Shown: piece after piece, positions 12,825-24,612 of the stretch
Position numbering within the stretch: position 1 is the first letter of the stretch
Layout: each line of letters begins with the position of its first letter
DNA from: Lepidodermella squamata
Lineage: Eukaryota; Animalia; Gastrotricha
DNA length: 64,000 bases
Direction: 5' to 3'
NCBI GenBank assembly: GCA_047495785.1
Contig: JBLDXI010000009.1
Coordinates: 2,356,001 to 2,420,000 of the forward strand
Made by a program: the position numbers and the translations under genes
Notes under the pieces: generated by a model
The model's database searches: none
What the model saw: the letters and a program-made list of their open reading frames with translations, nothing else
Told to the model about the DNA's origin: nothing

Positions 12825-14819
12825 TCAAAGAAGAGAAGGTACGTAAGCGAACATAGTAGTTATAAGCGCTCCGAACGTCGGAATGCAAACACCGTTGTTT
12901 GATTTCGCGGCTGGTCGGCTCGATACCAAAAAGTCCATAATACTGATATCTGAAGCTGACTCGCCCAGAGATTTCGTCATTTTACCAGCTGCAGCGCTGA
13001 CTGTCGTTCTCAAGTCATCGTCAGACATGGCTTTATCACCGGGTAGCGTCGTATACACCGACGTCAAGTATCTTCCAGATACGGAACTATGGAAAGAAAG
13101 TTGTTGGAAAAACGATAAATTGATAAAAGAAAGTAATAATACTCGTAAGATATATTCATAACATTGACGATGGAGCCGTTGATTAAATTGCCAGAAAGAT
13201 CATTCTGGATGGAATCGGCCAAAAGCGAGTATCCGGTCGCGTCACCTAAAGCTGAGCTTGAAACTGCGCTTCCGTTCGGGTAATTTAGTTTGGATGATGA
13301 CAGGGTGAAACCTTGTTGAAACAAAAATGACGGATAAATCAGATTTAGCAAAAAACCACTTACTCAGTTGATACGAATTAGGCATTGCTAGCAAAGTCAT
13401 CTTCTCAGGTATAGCAACGCTTTGCATCGTGGTGGAGGCTGCAGTTGTTGTAGTAGGAGTGGATTGCGCCTTAGAAGTGCTGGTTGGCAACTGGGTGGTC
13501 GTTGCTGGTTGTGAACTAATCGCAGCAGTCGTAGAGCTTAGCCTCGACATTCCCGTTGTCGTGGTAACAACAGGCTCTTCTGTTGTAGTAATCAACACCT
13601 CCATCTCGCCAGATTCTCCGCCAGAAGAATCCCCAGAGAAGTCACCCGATGAGTCTCCTGAAGAGTGAGCCGTTGTATCTTCCAGCATAAACTCATCCGC
13701 TGTTGTTGACGGAACTTCCGTAGCATCGAGAGTTGAGGATTCATTCGTGCTGCTCTGAGCAGTTGAAGAGCTTATTGATACCGTCGAGCTTGATTGGGTC
13801 GAAGAAACTGTCCTGGAGGTTTGTTGAGTACTAGTTGAAGATGTTGTGGCAACGGTCGTCGAAGGAGTTGTGGGTGCGATCGTTGTGGTTGTTGTTGAAA
13901 CGGTCGTCGAGGGTGTTGTAGGTGCGATCGTTGTGGTTGTTGTTGAAACGGTCGTCGAGGGTGTTGTGGGTGCGATCGTTGTGGTTGTTGTTGAAGCGGT
14001 CGTCGAGGGCGTTGTGGGTGCGATCGTTGTGGTTGTTGTTGTTGGGACGTCATCGGCCGGACAAGCTTCTTGAACGTGCTGGATTCTATCCAGAGGCAAT
14101 GCGCTGCTGTACAGACTGAAGCAAGCAATCGAATCACCAAGCCGCATGTACCTATTCCCATTGAACCCTATTCCGAAGTAGCTAGAGCTGCCCCCTGCGT
14201 AAATTGAGGCGGCTTTTTGCCATAGCACGTCGCCGTATCCGTCGTAGACCGTTATGTTCTGCCTGTCGTAGGTTATAGCGACAAATGTCCATCCATCAGC
14301 TTCGAATGCTTCGATTTCATCAGAGATCGTTGTCGAAACACGATCGAACGCCCAGGTCAACGACATTCTAGTTTGCCAAACAATCTTCGCACTGAATCTG
14401 ATGTAGAAGTTACCACCCGACAGCATTATGAAGCTGAAAATGCCCCCATCATCCGGGATTACTCTAGCCGGGAATCGCTTCGCGTTGTAGAAAAATGTGA
14501 GAGTGAAAGAGTCAAGAACAGTTTTCAAAATCTGAGTATTAGTGAGATAGTAGTTGACTTGACTACTAATAACATTTGCAACAAATGAAGTATTAGGCGA
14601 ACCATTTGGCCCGGGATTCGGATTCAGGATAGCTGCTGTACCACTCGAAGCTGTTGGGTCATAGCCAAACGCTACATCGCTTCTCTGTGATGAGCTGTCC
14701 AATGGCCAAAGCGCTACCAACGATTCTCTGTTAGGCATGCCCAGCAATGCTGGGTGCTGAGCGCCGACCGTTGATATGCTGAGGCATATCAAGATTCCTA
14801 GAGTCACCTTTCGATCCAT
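12825..14819 (-). CDS. LamG + long mucin/proteoglycan stalk + SEA-like + GPI-like surface protein, paralogue 4
   Basis: Signal peptide MDRKVTLGILICLSISTVGA. Motifs MPNRESLVALWPLD, WTFVAITYD, ACFSLY...EACP. ~230-aa S/T stalk; LNYPNGSAV domain; tail FGALITTMFAYVPSLL*. Confidence 0.82.
13850..14045 (-). repeat. Coding minisatellite, 4 x 48 nt (TTTTTIAPTTPSTT[A/V]S)
   Basis: Near-identical 48-nt units GGTGCGATCGTTGTGGTTGTTGTTGAA.CGGTCGTCGA.GG.GTTGT. within the mucin stalk. Confidence 0.9.
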
Positions 14820-15331
14820 ATCAAACTTTAGGGAATAAAAATTTAGATTGTTTGTAAAGCAACCCTGCTTTATTTCACACTTGTCGCTTTTTTATTGGCG
14901 TCAGATTCACCGGATATTACAACTTCGAGTTGTTTCAAGAGTTAACCACCGCGCCCCAGCTATCAAATACTTTTTGCTATTTCTGAATTAAATTTGATTC
15001 GTGCGAAAAGGACACAATCTCTCAACGTGCCGTCAAAGTCTCCACACGAGCAAAAGATGAATCATTATGTGTCAAGTTGTGTAGATCCCAAATCCTAATG
15101 CAACTTGCTGTGAAAATAACACCTTTTTGTCAGATAATCGCATTGTCCTTGTGAATTAGGTGCTTTTCCATGGCTTTTATACATCTTTTCACTACACAGT
15201 TCATCATTTGTTTCTCATTATCCCGATTCATTTTTTATTTATTATAAAATAGAAACAAATTTCTTTTGGAAGGATGCACATATGATGTAAAAATCAAGGG
15301 ATAATTTTCCTAATTTTTCAAGGATGAAGTT

Positions 15332-16302
15332 TCAACAGATCATATTCCTTGCATCTTGCTGGGTAACGATGACGGCGAAAGCTGTTATGATAAGAATTGC
15401 CGCGTTTTGAGTCCAGCCTTAAAAAACAAGAAAGTAATTTCAAGGATGCAGCATGAATAGCAACGATCCTCACCAAAACTTCTAGCCGCTAAGTTCTTCG
15501 CAGGAATATATACCGGGCAAGCACGTGACAATGAAGAAATTTCATCAGTAGTCAGCAACGCATTGTACAAACTGACGCAAGCCATCGAATCTTTGACGCG
15601 CATATTTGCAGTTTTGCTCCACCCAACCGGACGCGTTGAACCAATGTAAAGCATTTGGGCGCCCTCGAATACACTACTACCCGTCCACCATATACGTTGC
15701 CCGGCGCCATTGTAAGCAGACAATCGCCCGCCGATTACCACGTCATCGTAGGTAATAGCGATGAAGTTCCACGAATCGGGTTTTATCGGAATTGGCCCGC
15801 CGTTGTTGTTAGCGTCTCCAATATGGTTGATGGTGTCATTATCTTGCCACGTAAGTTGCAGCTTATCAGGTGACTCATAGTAGGCGCCGATTGATAGGTA
15901 TCTAGGCGATAACCCCCCAGGATACTCGAAGCTGAAAACTCCACTAAAGGACGTTGAACAATTGGAACAGGGCCAATAGTAAAAAGCAAAGGTAAATGAT
16001 CCCCCGGGCAATAAATTTTGATCAAAGTAGTGTGACAGATAGGTGTCATCTACTGAGACCCTAAATGAGGCATTTGCCTGGGCGTGTACGGGTCCGGGTT
16101 CTGGGTTTAGTTGCGCGGATTGTGTCGTAAGAAGAGATGATCTATTTTTCACCGTATCCATTAATTGATACCTGCTATCGAGCGGCCAAAACGCTGATAG
16201 GGACTCGGCTCTCGGAACACCTGGATAAAACTGACGCCACGCATCAGCGTAAGACAACCAAATGACGATGACGGAAACAACGTAAAAGAGGAAAGAAGTC
16301 AT
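15332..16302 (-). CDS. Stalk-less LamG/pentraxin-like protein with hydrophobic C-terminal (GPI-like) segment, paralogue 5 (2 exons)
   Basis: Signal peptide; VPRAESLSAFWPLD, WNFIAITYD, ACVSLY...RACP. Intron G|GTGAG...TTAAG|GC gives terminal exon GWTQNAAILIITAFAVIVTQQDARNMIC*. Confidence 0.78.
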
Positions 16303-17224
16303 TCGTAGCTGGACAAAATGTCGCGTCGCTATAACCAGGAACTTCAGTTATGCGTAATCACGGGACAGCTGATGTAATGTTCTATATTTCTCGGAAAGGT
16401 GAAAAATTATGCCTACGCTATCGCGTCCCTATTATTTCGCTGATTATTGGCAAGTGACATGTTTTCAAGAGCGGAAACCCGTCAGATTAATATTACCCCG
16501 CGTTAATGACATTTCGTTAGATTTATTGTCATGCCTCGCGCGTATATAAATTGAATAATATTATCCAACTAGGCTCAAATTAGTACCTTTCATCTGAACC
16601 TTTTAGCGGAGGAGGTCTTTGTCCGCCAAAACCTGTTGAAAAAAGGTGAAAAAAACCCGTAAAACAATTCCTGCAAGCAACTGGCCGGTAAAAACACCAT
16701 GAGTCTTAATCTCCTTCCGAAAGGATGTTACTCCCTCCGTTTAGGCAAAGCTTATGGTGAAAATCACCGTCCAATCGCGCGTACAGGGTTAACAAATCTG
16801 TTAAATACCAAAAATGCGCTAAATCTCAGGTATAATATAGTCGGAAGCCTACGTTTCCTTCTGGGATGAAGGGGACGTGGAGTGCAATGATATACAAAGG
16901 AGTTATCAAATTTATCCCGGCAAAACTATGAGCCGGCCTAACACAAAAACAGCGTTAATCATACACACGCCGACTGACAAAAAACACTACGCCACGTGTA
17001 TATTCATCAATGAAAAACGTGTCGCACGCGCCAGCAATGACTTCCAGCCCGTGATTCGTTATATACCTGCAACACGTTCGTTTTTTTGTGCCTACTGACA
17101 AGATTTAGTGACGAATAAACAAACACACAATGAATGATGAATGATGAATGTAAACGTGAACAGTGGACTGTGTGTATACATTCATGCTACAAGACATTTC
17201 AAGTACTCATCGCAATATCTTGAA

Positions 17225-17409
17225 CTAGAGAAGTGCCCGGCATAACTGCGGGCATTATCTGCGAAACAGGAGGTAAAGATTGAGCTAAGGGGCGTTATTT
17301 TACAATGCTTTATGCTTCTTACCTGACACTCATTGACGTAGGATCATAAGGAACATGAGTCACGACAATTAGCAGAGCTGTCATTTTGTAATTTATTTAT
17401 TATATAGGA
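17225..17409 (-). mobile_element. Short non-autonomous Helitron-like element (185 bp)
   Basis: The minus strand starts A|TCCTATATAATAAA and ends with hairpin TGCCCG...CGGGCA, 5 nt, CTAG|T. This gives the 5' TC, 3' CTAG, subterminal hairpin and A/T insertion site typical of Helitrons. Confidence 0.65.
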
Positions 17410-19400
17410 TGATGCGCGATCTCGTTAAGTCCGCTCGATGAACACTTTTGGCACCACGAAAATGAGACACCGGAAGTTGATTTAATCAATTTACAATGCC
17501 TTTCCGCCAATTACCGACCGAGAGCGTTTGACCAGCGAAAGTGACAGACTTATCATTAAAGAAAAAATGCGCAAAGTTGCGTATATTCAGTCTTTTATAT
17601 AGCTGCTGTATTGCATATTTCAAATCTTCAATGAAAAAACAGCAGCCAAATTCCTTAGTTGATGAATGAGGGGCCAATTTTCTAGTTAAAACCAGGATTG
17701 TTTAACGCGTGCGGCATGGACTTGAAATTGCCAGTTGATTAGCAAGATCTCTTAGGGAAGTATGCGCACTTAAGCTAATTGTCAAAGTGAAGGTATGTAA
17801 AATTCATGTAATGATGGCTCGGCACCAGGTCTCCATGCGACAATAAGAAAAATTTCGAGTTTGAAACAGGGTGGAAAATTTGAAAATGCAGGCTAACACC
17901 CGCTTTCACACCTGCCCCCATCTATACATAATTCGATTATTTGACGCCGCCGTTTCAGCGCAAAAATAGACATGTTGTATCTTGATCTCGACACCAAGCA
18001 GTACTGATAAATTAACTAAGCGCGCACTTAACGAGCAGTGTTCGCTATAAGTAAATAGCGGTTAGCCGATACCTGTCGCTAAATACTGTCACAATCAATC
18101 TGCAAGCCACGGCGCTAATTGTTCCTCACGTAATTAAAAACGATAAATAAAGCTTTGTAAATAGGAATTCAGCTGATTAACCGCTTGTTGATGTTTTTCG
18201 AACCTGCGGTAGAGTTGTTTAGCAGTGCGCCGACTTCAGTCCTCATCGTGGCACATTTGAGGATAATTGTGTTTGCGAGCCATATCGCAAGGTTAGGTTT
18301 CAGCCTGTCACAACTGCTAATATCATTAAAAATTGCATCAATAAAAAATTATGAGCCGTGATTAGTGTGCGTTGAGGTGTGCCGAAATACACATACAGCG
18401 GCCTAATTTGCGATTAAACCTCTAAAAATGAAACTTCGATGTCACTAGAAATTCGAAACGTTATGTGAATTTCGTCCTACTCTGGTACACCTCGCTCGAT
18501 ATCTGCTGTCACAAACATTGCTCGTATGAAAACACGGCTAGCCAAATTAATGCTATACACAGGCATTCATCTATCCCTGATTGAAGCAAATGTTCAATGA
18601 CACGTTAAAAATGGGGCTCGCCGAATGTCTTTTTAACATTATTTGAACCACATCTCTGCGACAACCGTCAGTAACCCAGTCATCAAATAGAAGACAAAAA
18701 ATGCATCATGCGCTATGTCGGTGACATACTACCGCAATGATAACTTCTAGCATACTGTTTCCGTGTCTGGGATCTTAAACGGTTATTAGGAAATAAGTTT
18801 TGAACATTCAAGCTGATGTCAAGTTAATTATTGCCTTGAGTTTGATGGTAGCCATTATATGAGCCATAGATGTCTAATGAGGAATGTGTCCCAAAATATG
18901 GCGCTGTCACCGGGATTCAAAAAAGTTCCGAATTGTATATTCCAGGCCGAAACTATAATAAGAATATTGAACCATGAAACTTTACAGGTGCCGAGAACGA
19001 GGCCCCTGACGACCGTTGCTATGATTTAGCGTGGGTTTTGATTTTTGGAATTTCGCCGCCTCGTCAAAAAAATTTGCTTTTGGCGATTTTGGAAACATGA
19101 GTTTGGTGAATAGGGAATAAGGGAGCTGAAATTTTTGATTCCCAATGTGCAAGGTTGATGAGGTTTGCTTCGATTTTGTAAGACTTGAAATGATTCCAGT
19201 CCCTTCTGTTGGAAAGCGGCCTAATCACTCCTTAAAAGCTAGCAGATTTCATAATAATTAGAATATACTCAGGAAAACATATTGGTTAAAGACATTGTTT
19301 TTATTCATACTGCTACAGAACAGAGAAGTGACACAAAGGCGACTAAATTTGCGATAAGACTTCAAAGAATGAGCTGAAGACGATGATGGGAAGACTGACT

Positions 19401-20807
19401 TCAAAACTCGGCACTATCGGCTTCAACGTCCTCCGCCACTGATTTGTCATCGAGAACAATTTGAGGAACCTCTTGCTGCGTGTCATCCAATTGCTGATGC
19501 TCGTAGCCATCGACTTGCTCGTAACTTTCATCAGCACTGCGAGGCTTGCGGCGGGACTTGTATAGGGAATTCGATTTCCTATCAGACTGCTCTTGGAACT
19601 TGTCATCCTTGATTTCGTCTTTGGCATGAGCTGCAAAGAATAAGATAAACAATTACAACGTAAGCTTTATATTTCAAGACAAACCGTTGTATTTGGCGAC
19701 AAGCAAGCGTCCAGTTGACGAGACCTTACCGCCAAGTCCGTTCTCGACTGAGCAGGTGTAGTCACCCTCGTGTTCCCTAGAGACTTGAATCACTTGCAGC
19801 CATGAGGTGACTCGGTCAGGCCTAGAAGCTCCACGACTGGATACAGAAATACGGCCATCCCCATCTTGAATAACAAACTTAAAGCAAGTTGGAACAGTAC
19901 GAAAATTGTTTACCAGGCAAGCTTCGGGTTATTCCATCAACAGTTTGAAGATGCCATTCGATTTCTGGAAGGGGGAACCCGGAGACATCGCAAGTGAACA
20001 TTACATTAGTTCCGAACGCAGCACTAACATGGTTCTCAATTGGTTGCAAGATTTTGGGCGCTTGAAAAAAGTCGAATATGATAGATGGTAAGACTTATCA
20101 TTGTGAACCTACCACTATTGCAGGGTCCCGAGTGGACAATCTCAACTCGAGTCTTCCTTTCAGGGCTTTGCAGTTGGTCGTCAGCAACCCACGTGTTCGC
20201 CTCTTCGTTAATTGAGCACAACGTCGAGTAGGTTTGGTTGTCAGATCCGCAACGAGGCGCCTGGTCAGTGCAGACACACGTCGTCTCAACTTTCTTCGGC
20301 GCCTCCGGGTCAACCTCAGCATCTTCCCCCTCTTCGTCCAAATCAGTTCTTTCGGACAAAAAAACATAAAGTATCGTTTACATGGGCGTGCCACGGAGTA
20401 AATAGGTCATCTTGCCTGATTTGACACTCGAGATTCAATCCGCACGCTCCGTGGACGTAATTAGCCGCGTAATTAGTCGCCGCCTCGTAGTACGTATGGT
20501 GATCGTCGCCGCTTTTGAATAGAGGCGCGCCTATATCGCATCGGTCGCCCTCGCGACGCGCACAGATTCGGCAACACAAGCAGCGATCCCTTGTAATTTA
20601 TCTATAAATATTTATGGGACACGTTGTTGGGACACCTTACCATATAAGACCAGCTGGGCAATTATGTGGATCAACGCACTTAGTTCGGTCGCATCGATCG
20701 CTGCAAGCTGAAGTTCCAGTAATAGGCTGGGGATGTACTACCCCGGCATAGACCGAGGGACCTGTTAAGGTGATCACAGTAACGATTCCCAACGCAAGCG
20801 CTGCCAT
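19401..20807 (-). CDS. IGFBP-related protein (IGFBP N-domain + Kazal + Ig; IGFBP7/IGFBP-rP1/KAZALD1 type) with acidic C-terminal tail, ~6 coding exons
   Basis: Signal MAALALGIVTVITLTGPSVYA. IB domain CSDRCDRTKC...CPAGLIW|DRCLCCRICARREGDRC...CGLNLEC. Kazal CVCTDQAPRCGSDNQTYSTLC...SGPC. Ig APKI...FTCDVSGFPLPEIEW...HEGDYTCSVENGLG. Confidence 0.9.
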
Positions 20808-23800
20808 ACCAGCAGCCGCTAAACAATTTGTAACAAATGATTCTATAAGAAAATTATTTTGTAAAAAGTCCTCCTTAAGGAAGATTGGTTAGCTAATTGA
20901 ACGCAATGGAAAGATTTGTATCTGCTGCTGAAAATAAGAAAACAATCAGCAATCAGCAATCATCTTTCATTTGCTGAGTGCGATAATCTGCAATCATTGA
21001 GAAGGCGGTGCTGTGAGTGAAGAAAATCGAACATATTTTGATAATGAAGATCTGCTGTATAGGTATATATAGGTAATGATATCTCGGCTAAGCCGTCGTA
21101 AATCTGACTATGCGCGCGCGAGTGGGAGCGAGTGGCGCGTAGATGCGCGCAGAAAATAATGGAAGACGAACGGCTTATAACACGCACCGTTGTTATAGTT
21201 ATTGCAATAATAAACAAGCCATGCATTTTATAGGTCGAACCGTATATATACTGTTGTTTGTGTTATTATTATTATTATTATTACTGTTATTGCTATCATT
21301 GTTCTTCGGCCATCATCAGAGCCACTTGAAAGCGCCGCCCGCTCGTAAAAAAAGCGCGCGGCCAAGTGAGAAGAGCCGTGCTGGTTTTCTTAGCATCAGG
21401 CGTGTTTTTATAGTGCCGCGCTATTAGGCTGTATCTATGCGCATTATTGCGAGTTTGATACAGGTGCGCGCACAACACACGCTTGTTTATCGTAGTGGGC
21501 GAGGCGCGCATCGAGATTCGGATGAGCGCAACACGCTCGGACAATAGCTAGCCGTGTGTCACGAGGCGCGTGAAAAGCGCGATGCCGCCCGCCTTGGACA
21601 AACAACAGCGCCGGAGTGGCCGCGCGACGCCACGTCGAAATCATCTCAATCAAACTGCTGCGCCAGAGCAACATCACCATCTATCGTAGCCGTGCATTTA
21701 TTCGGCTCGAGCCCTTCCGGTGTATCCTGAGACGTGACTCGACAACACGCCTGCGTTCCGGTTACCTTTATCAAGCAGCCTTTTAATTGCGTTGCTAGCC
21801 ACTCTCGCACCTGCTGCTACGTCTTGTTGCCTCTTCGCCGGCTCTCGCGCTGTCTAGCGCCTCCTAATTTGGAGCTGAATTACCTATGATATTCCTCAAC
21901 GATTTATTGCTCTCTTCCTTATAAGAAAAAATTCCAAATTTAATTATGAGGATGAAAATTGAGAGGAATCGTTTGACCTCGCTGATACTTTCCCTCGGGA
22001 TTTTCAGCATTAAAAGGCCTTTGTCTAATCGGCGGTTCAGATTTTTAGCTAACTGTAAATTTCTTCAACTGAAGCCCAACTTAACGAGGTAACTTTGGGC
22101 AAAACCATACAATGTGTCCCATTAGTAACGCAAGTGAATAAAATACATGGAAAAGGGTTCAGAAACTCTAAAATGAGAGACATCTCATGGTCAGACAAAT
22201 TTTAGAAAAATTCAAAAACACGGGAACATTTATCAATTATCAAGTAATGGTAATGCGATTAAAAAAGTCCGGAGAAATTCGGCCCAACCAGGTAAAATAC
22301 CGAAAATTACCGAACCAGTTTTACCATCGGGGTTTTCCGGGCCTTCTCCGGTAAATTTTTTATTTCTTCGGTTAAATTACGGATAAAATATGGAATATTC
22401 TCTCGGTAGGTTTAATTTAATAAAATTAGTTGACGCTTCAGGGACACGCTGTATTTTTGCTCATAGAATTCTGAAATTTGCATGAAAGTTGGCCAAAGGG
22501 ATTCCTGACTTTGTAGTAAATTATGAGAATCTATTAGTTTTCCACCGATTTTTAGCGATATAAAACGTATTCGGCTAAGCTTGGATAATTGAGGGTAATT
22601 TTGGATTTTTTGGAAGCTCATTTGCATATGCAGTTTCTTGAGTATCACGATTCGCCATTGAAATTTGAGTCACATTTTGGAGATCAGTTCAGTTTGCAGC
22701 ATCACTGCAGGCCGGGTTTCGTAAGGTCAAAGTGCAACCCATGATTCAAGCTATTGAGCCCGTGCAGTTTGGAGTCGGAATTGTTTTTCATATTTTTCAG
22801 ATGATATTGAAACTTGATGATTAATTTCATTAATTTCCAAAAAATTAAGGCTACGCATGGAACGCCACAGAATGGTGCTATTTTTGAATTTCATGCGCTA
22901 TTTTTAGAGTTGTACTTTGACCCTGCAACTGACCTACTGCCATCAGCATCATTTTTCACCAAATCAAAGACAAATGGATTCAAACTCGTGGCATGTCAAG
23001 AAAAGTCCAAAATTATCCTATATTTAAACTCGAACTTATAAGGCGGATGGTGGATGACTTTCCAAAACCGATCGTCCGATTGTCGTTTTTATGCAACAAA
23101 AAATGCTTTTTTTAGCGTTCGGCATGGCGTAGCCAAAGAGTGTCCAGGGTTACAATATGTCCACGATTACTCCGCCAATCGGCTTGAAATTTCGACAACT
23201 TTAAGCCAATTTTATCAAACACGTGCTTTCTCTACGTCAAATTATCAAATTTCGCCGCTGTCACCTCTTCCCGCCTACAGACATGCTGATTATAGATTAA
23301 GACGCTGTTAATTACTCGCTTCAGCTTATAAGCTGCCCGTCTCTTTTCACGCAAAAATCCCACGTAACATCACCTGAGGCTCGAGGCATGCCTAAACTCG
23401 GTCTGGTCGAACGCCCACCGTACAAAAATTAGCCAGGTTTTTATTACCCTCACTATCGGACGAATCGATCGCGAAAAGGTTCAATGAGTACATATTATAA
23501 TTGTGAATATTTGATCATTTCTTTCTTATTTGTGCACCGACCATTCGCGAAGCTATGGTTCCATCAATGATTTACGCTGAAAACCCGCCTTAATAATTAA
23601 GAAATTCTCGGCATTGCGGTGTATGCTCGTGATTAATTAACCATAACCGTTAGAGGTGTTTAGGCTGCGACTAAAAATAAATCATGAAACCTGATAGAAA
23701 ATACGGTGACTGCTTTCAGCACATATTTTATCAAAATTCAATCTGCTTCCTGATGAGAAAAATAAACGCAATATCAAATAGTTTTTTCTTGGCACAAATG

Positions 23801-23862
23801 AGACATGGTATTATGGTATTATGGTATTATATTCGGTGACACTATATAAAATTACGCCGTTA

Positions 23863-24612
23863 TTACGGGCAATATTCTAACATTTCCTGGTGGTTGCATG
23901 AGTTGTAGCAGCATTCACAGACGACATTTTGAGGTGTCCAGAATGGTGATTTCGCGGACACGAACGCATCCAACCGGCCGCCTTGCCGTCGGAATTTGCT
24001 TTTGCCTGAATGCAGGACAGCTTTCGCTCGATTAGGAGACACAACGGCCCTAAGTAGCGCGTCTGAAAACGCGGTCGCACTGCCCTTGCGCTGAAGCGTA
24101 TACAACGGTCGTTGATCTGTCAAGTAGGTTTAATTCAATTAAAAAATTGATTAAAATTCAAGACAGGACGAGGTATAACGTACCAAAATGTCTACTCGGG
24201 TTGTATTTAGACAAATTTGAGCGAAACTTTTTCTGGCTCTTAGCCAACGGGACGATCACCTGCGACGAAGATTCAGGTACAGCGGCCTCGTCGCCCGAAA
24301 AGTATTGATCGAGAATAGCCGACTTCCATTGATCCGATACAGAATCACTCGGGCCGGTTCTTAAGCGGACTGAAGGCGACTTCGCTAAGCGGCAAACGTC
24401 GCGGATTTTACTGACAAGGCGATCTCCGCATATACCTGAAAATTGTCGAATAACAATTTTGAAATTTCAAAACGAAAAAAATCGTCACCTTTCCAAGACC
24501 TTCTTGGCGCTGGATTCATACATTTTCGATCTAACTTAGCGTTAATAGTAGCCAAATTTATCGCGAGTAAGGCAACGATCAGTAAAATCGCAGTTTGAAG
24601 TGATTTCGCCAT
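23863..24612 (-). CDS. Insulin-like peptide precursor 1 (8-Cys, MIP-type), 3 coding exons
   Basis: Signal MAKSLQTAILLIVALLAINLATINA; B chain KCMNPAPRRSWK|GICGDRLVSKIRDVC; introns 24436-24488 and 24117-24183; A chain FWTPQNVVCECCYNSCNHQEMLEYCP*. Confidence 0.9.

Noticed and set aside
13850-14045. Regular repeat that might look like a CRISPR array
   Set aside because: No unique spacers; it is an in-frame coding minisatellite in a eukaryotic gene.
5019-14119. Val/Ala-rich plus-strand ORFs (5019, 7506, 13429, 13846, 13922)
   Set aside because: Reverse complements of Thr/Ser mucin codons.
21143-21680. Short ORFs upstream of the IGFBP gene
   Set aside because: Explained by a (TTA)n microsatellite (poly-Leu) and a CG-rich patch; no recognisable protein.
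22280-22410. Degenerate AAATTACCG/CGGTAAA repeats
   Set aside because: Possibly transposon debris, but no definable termini or unit structure.
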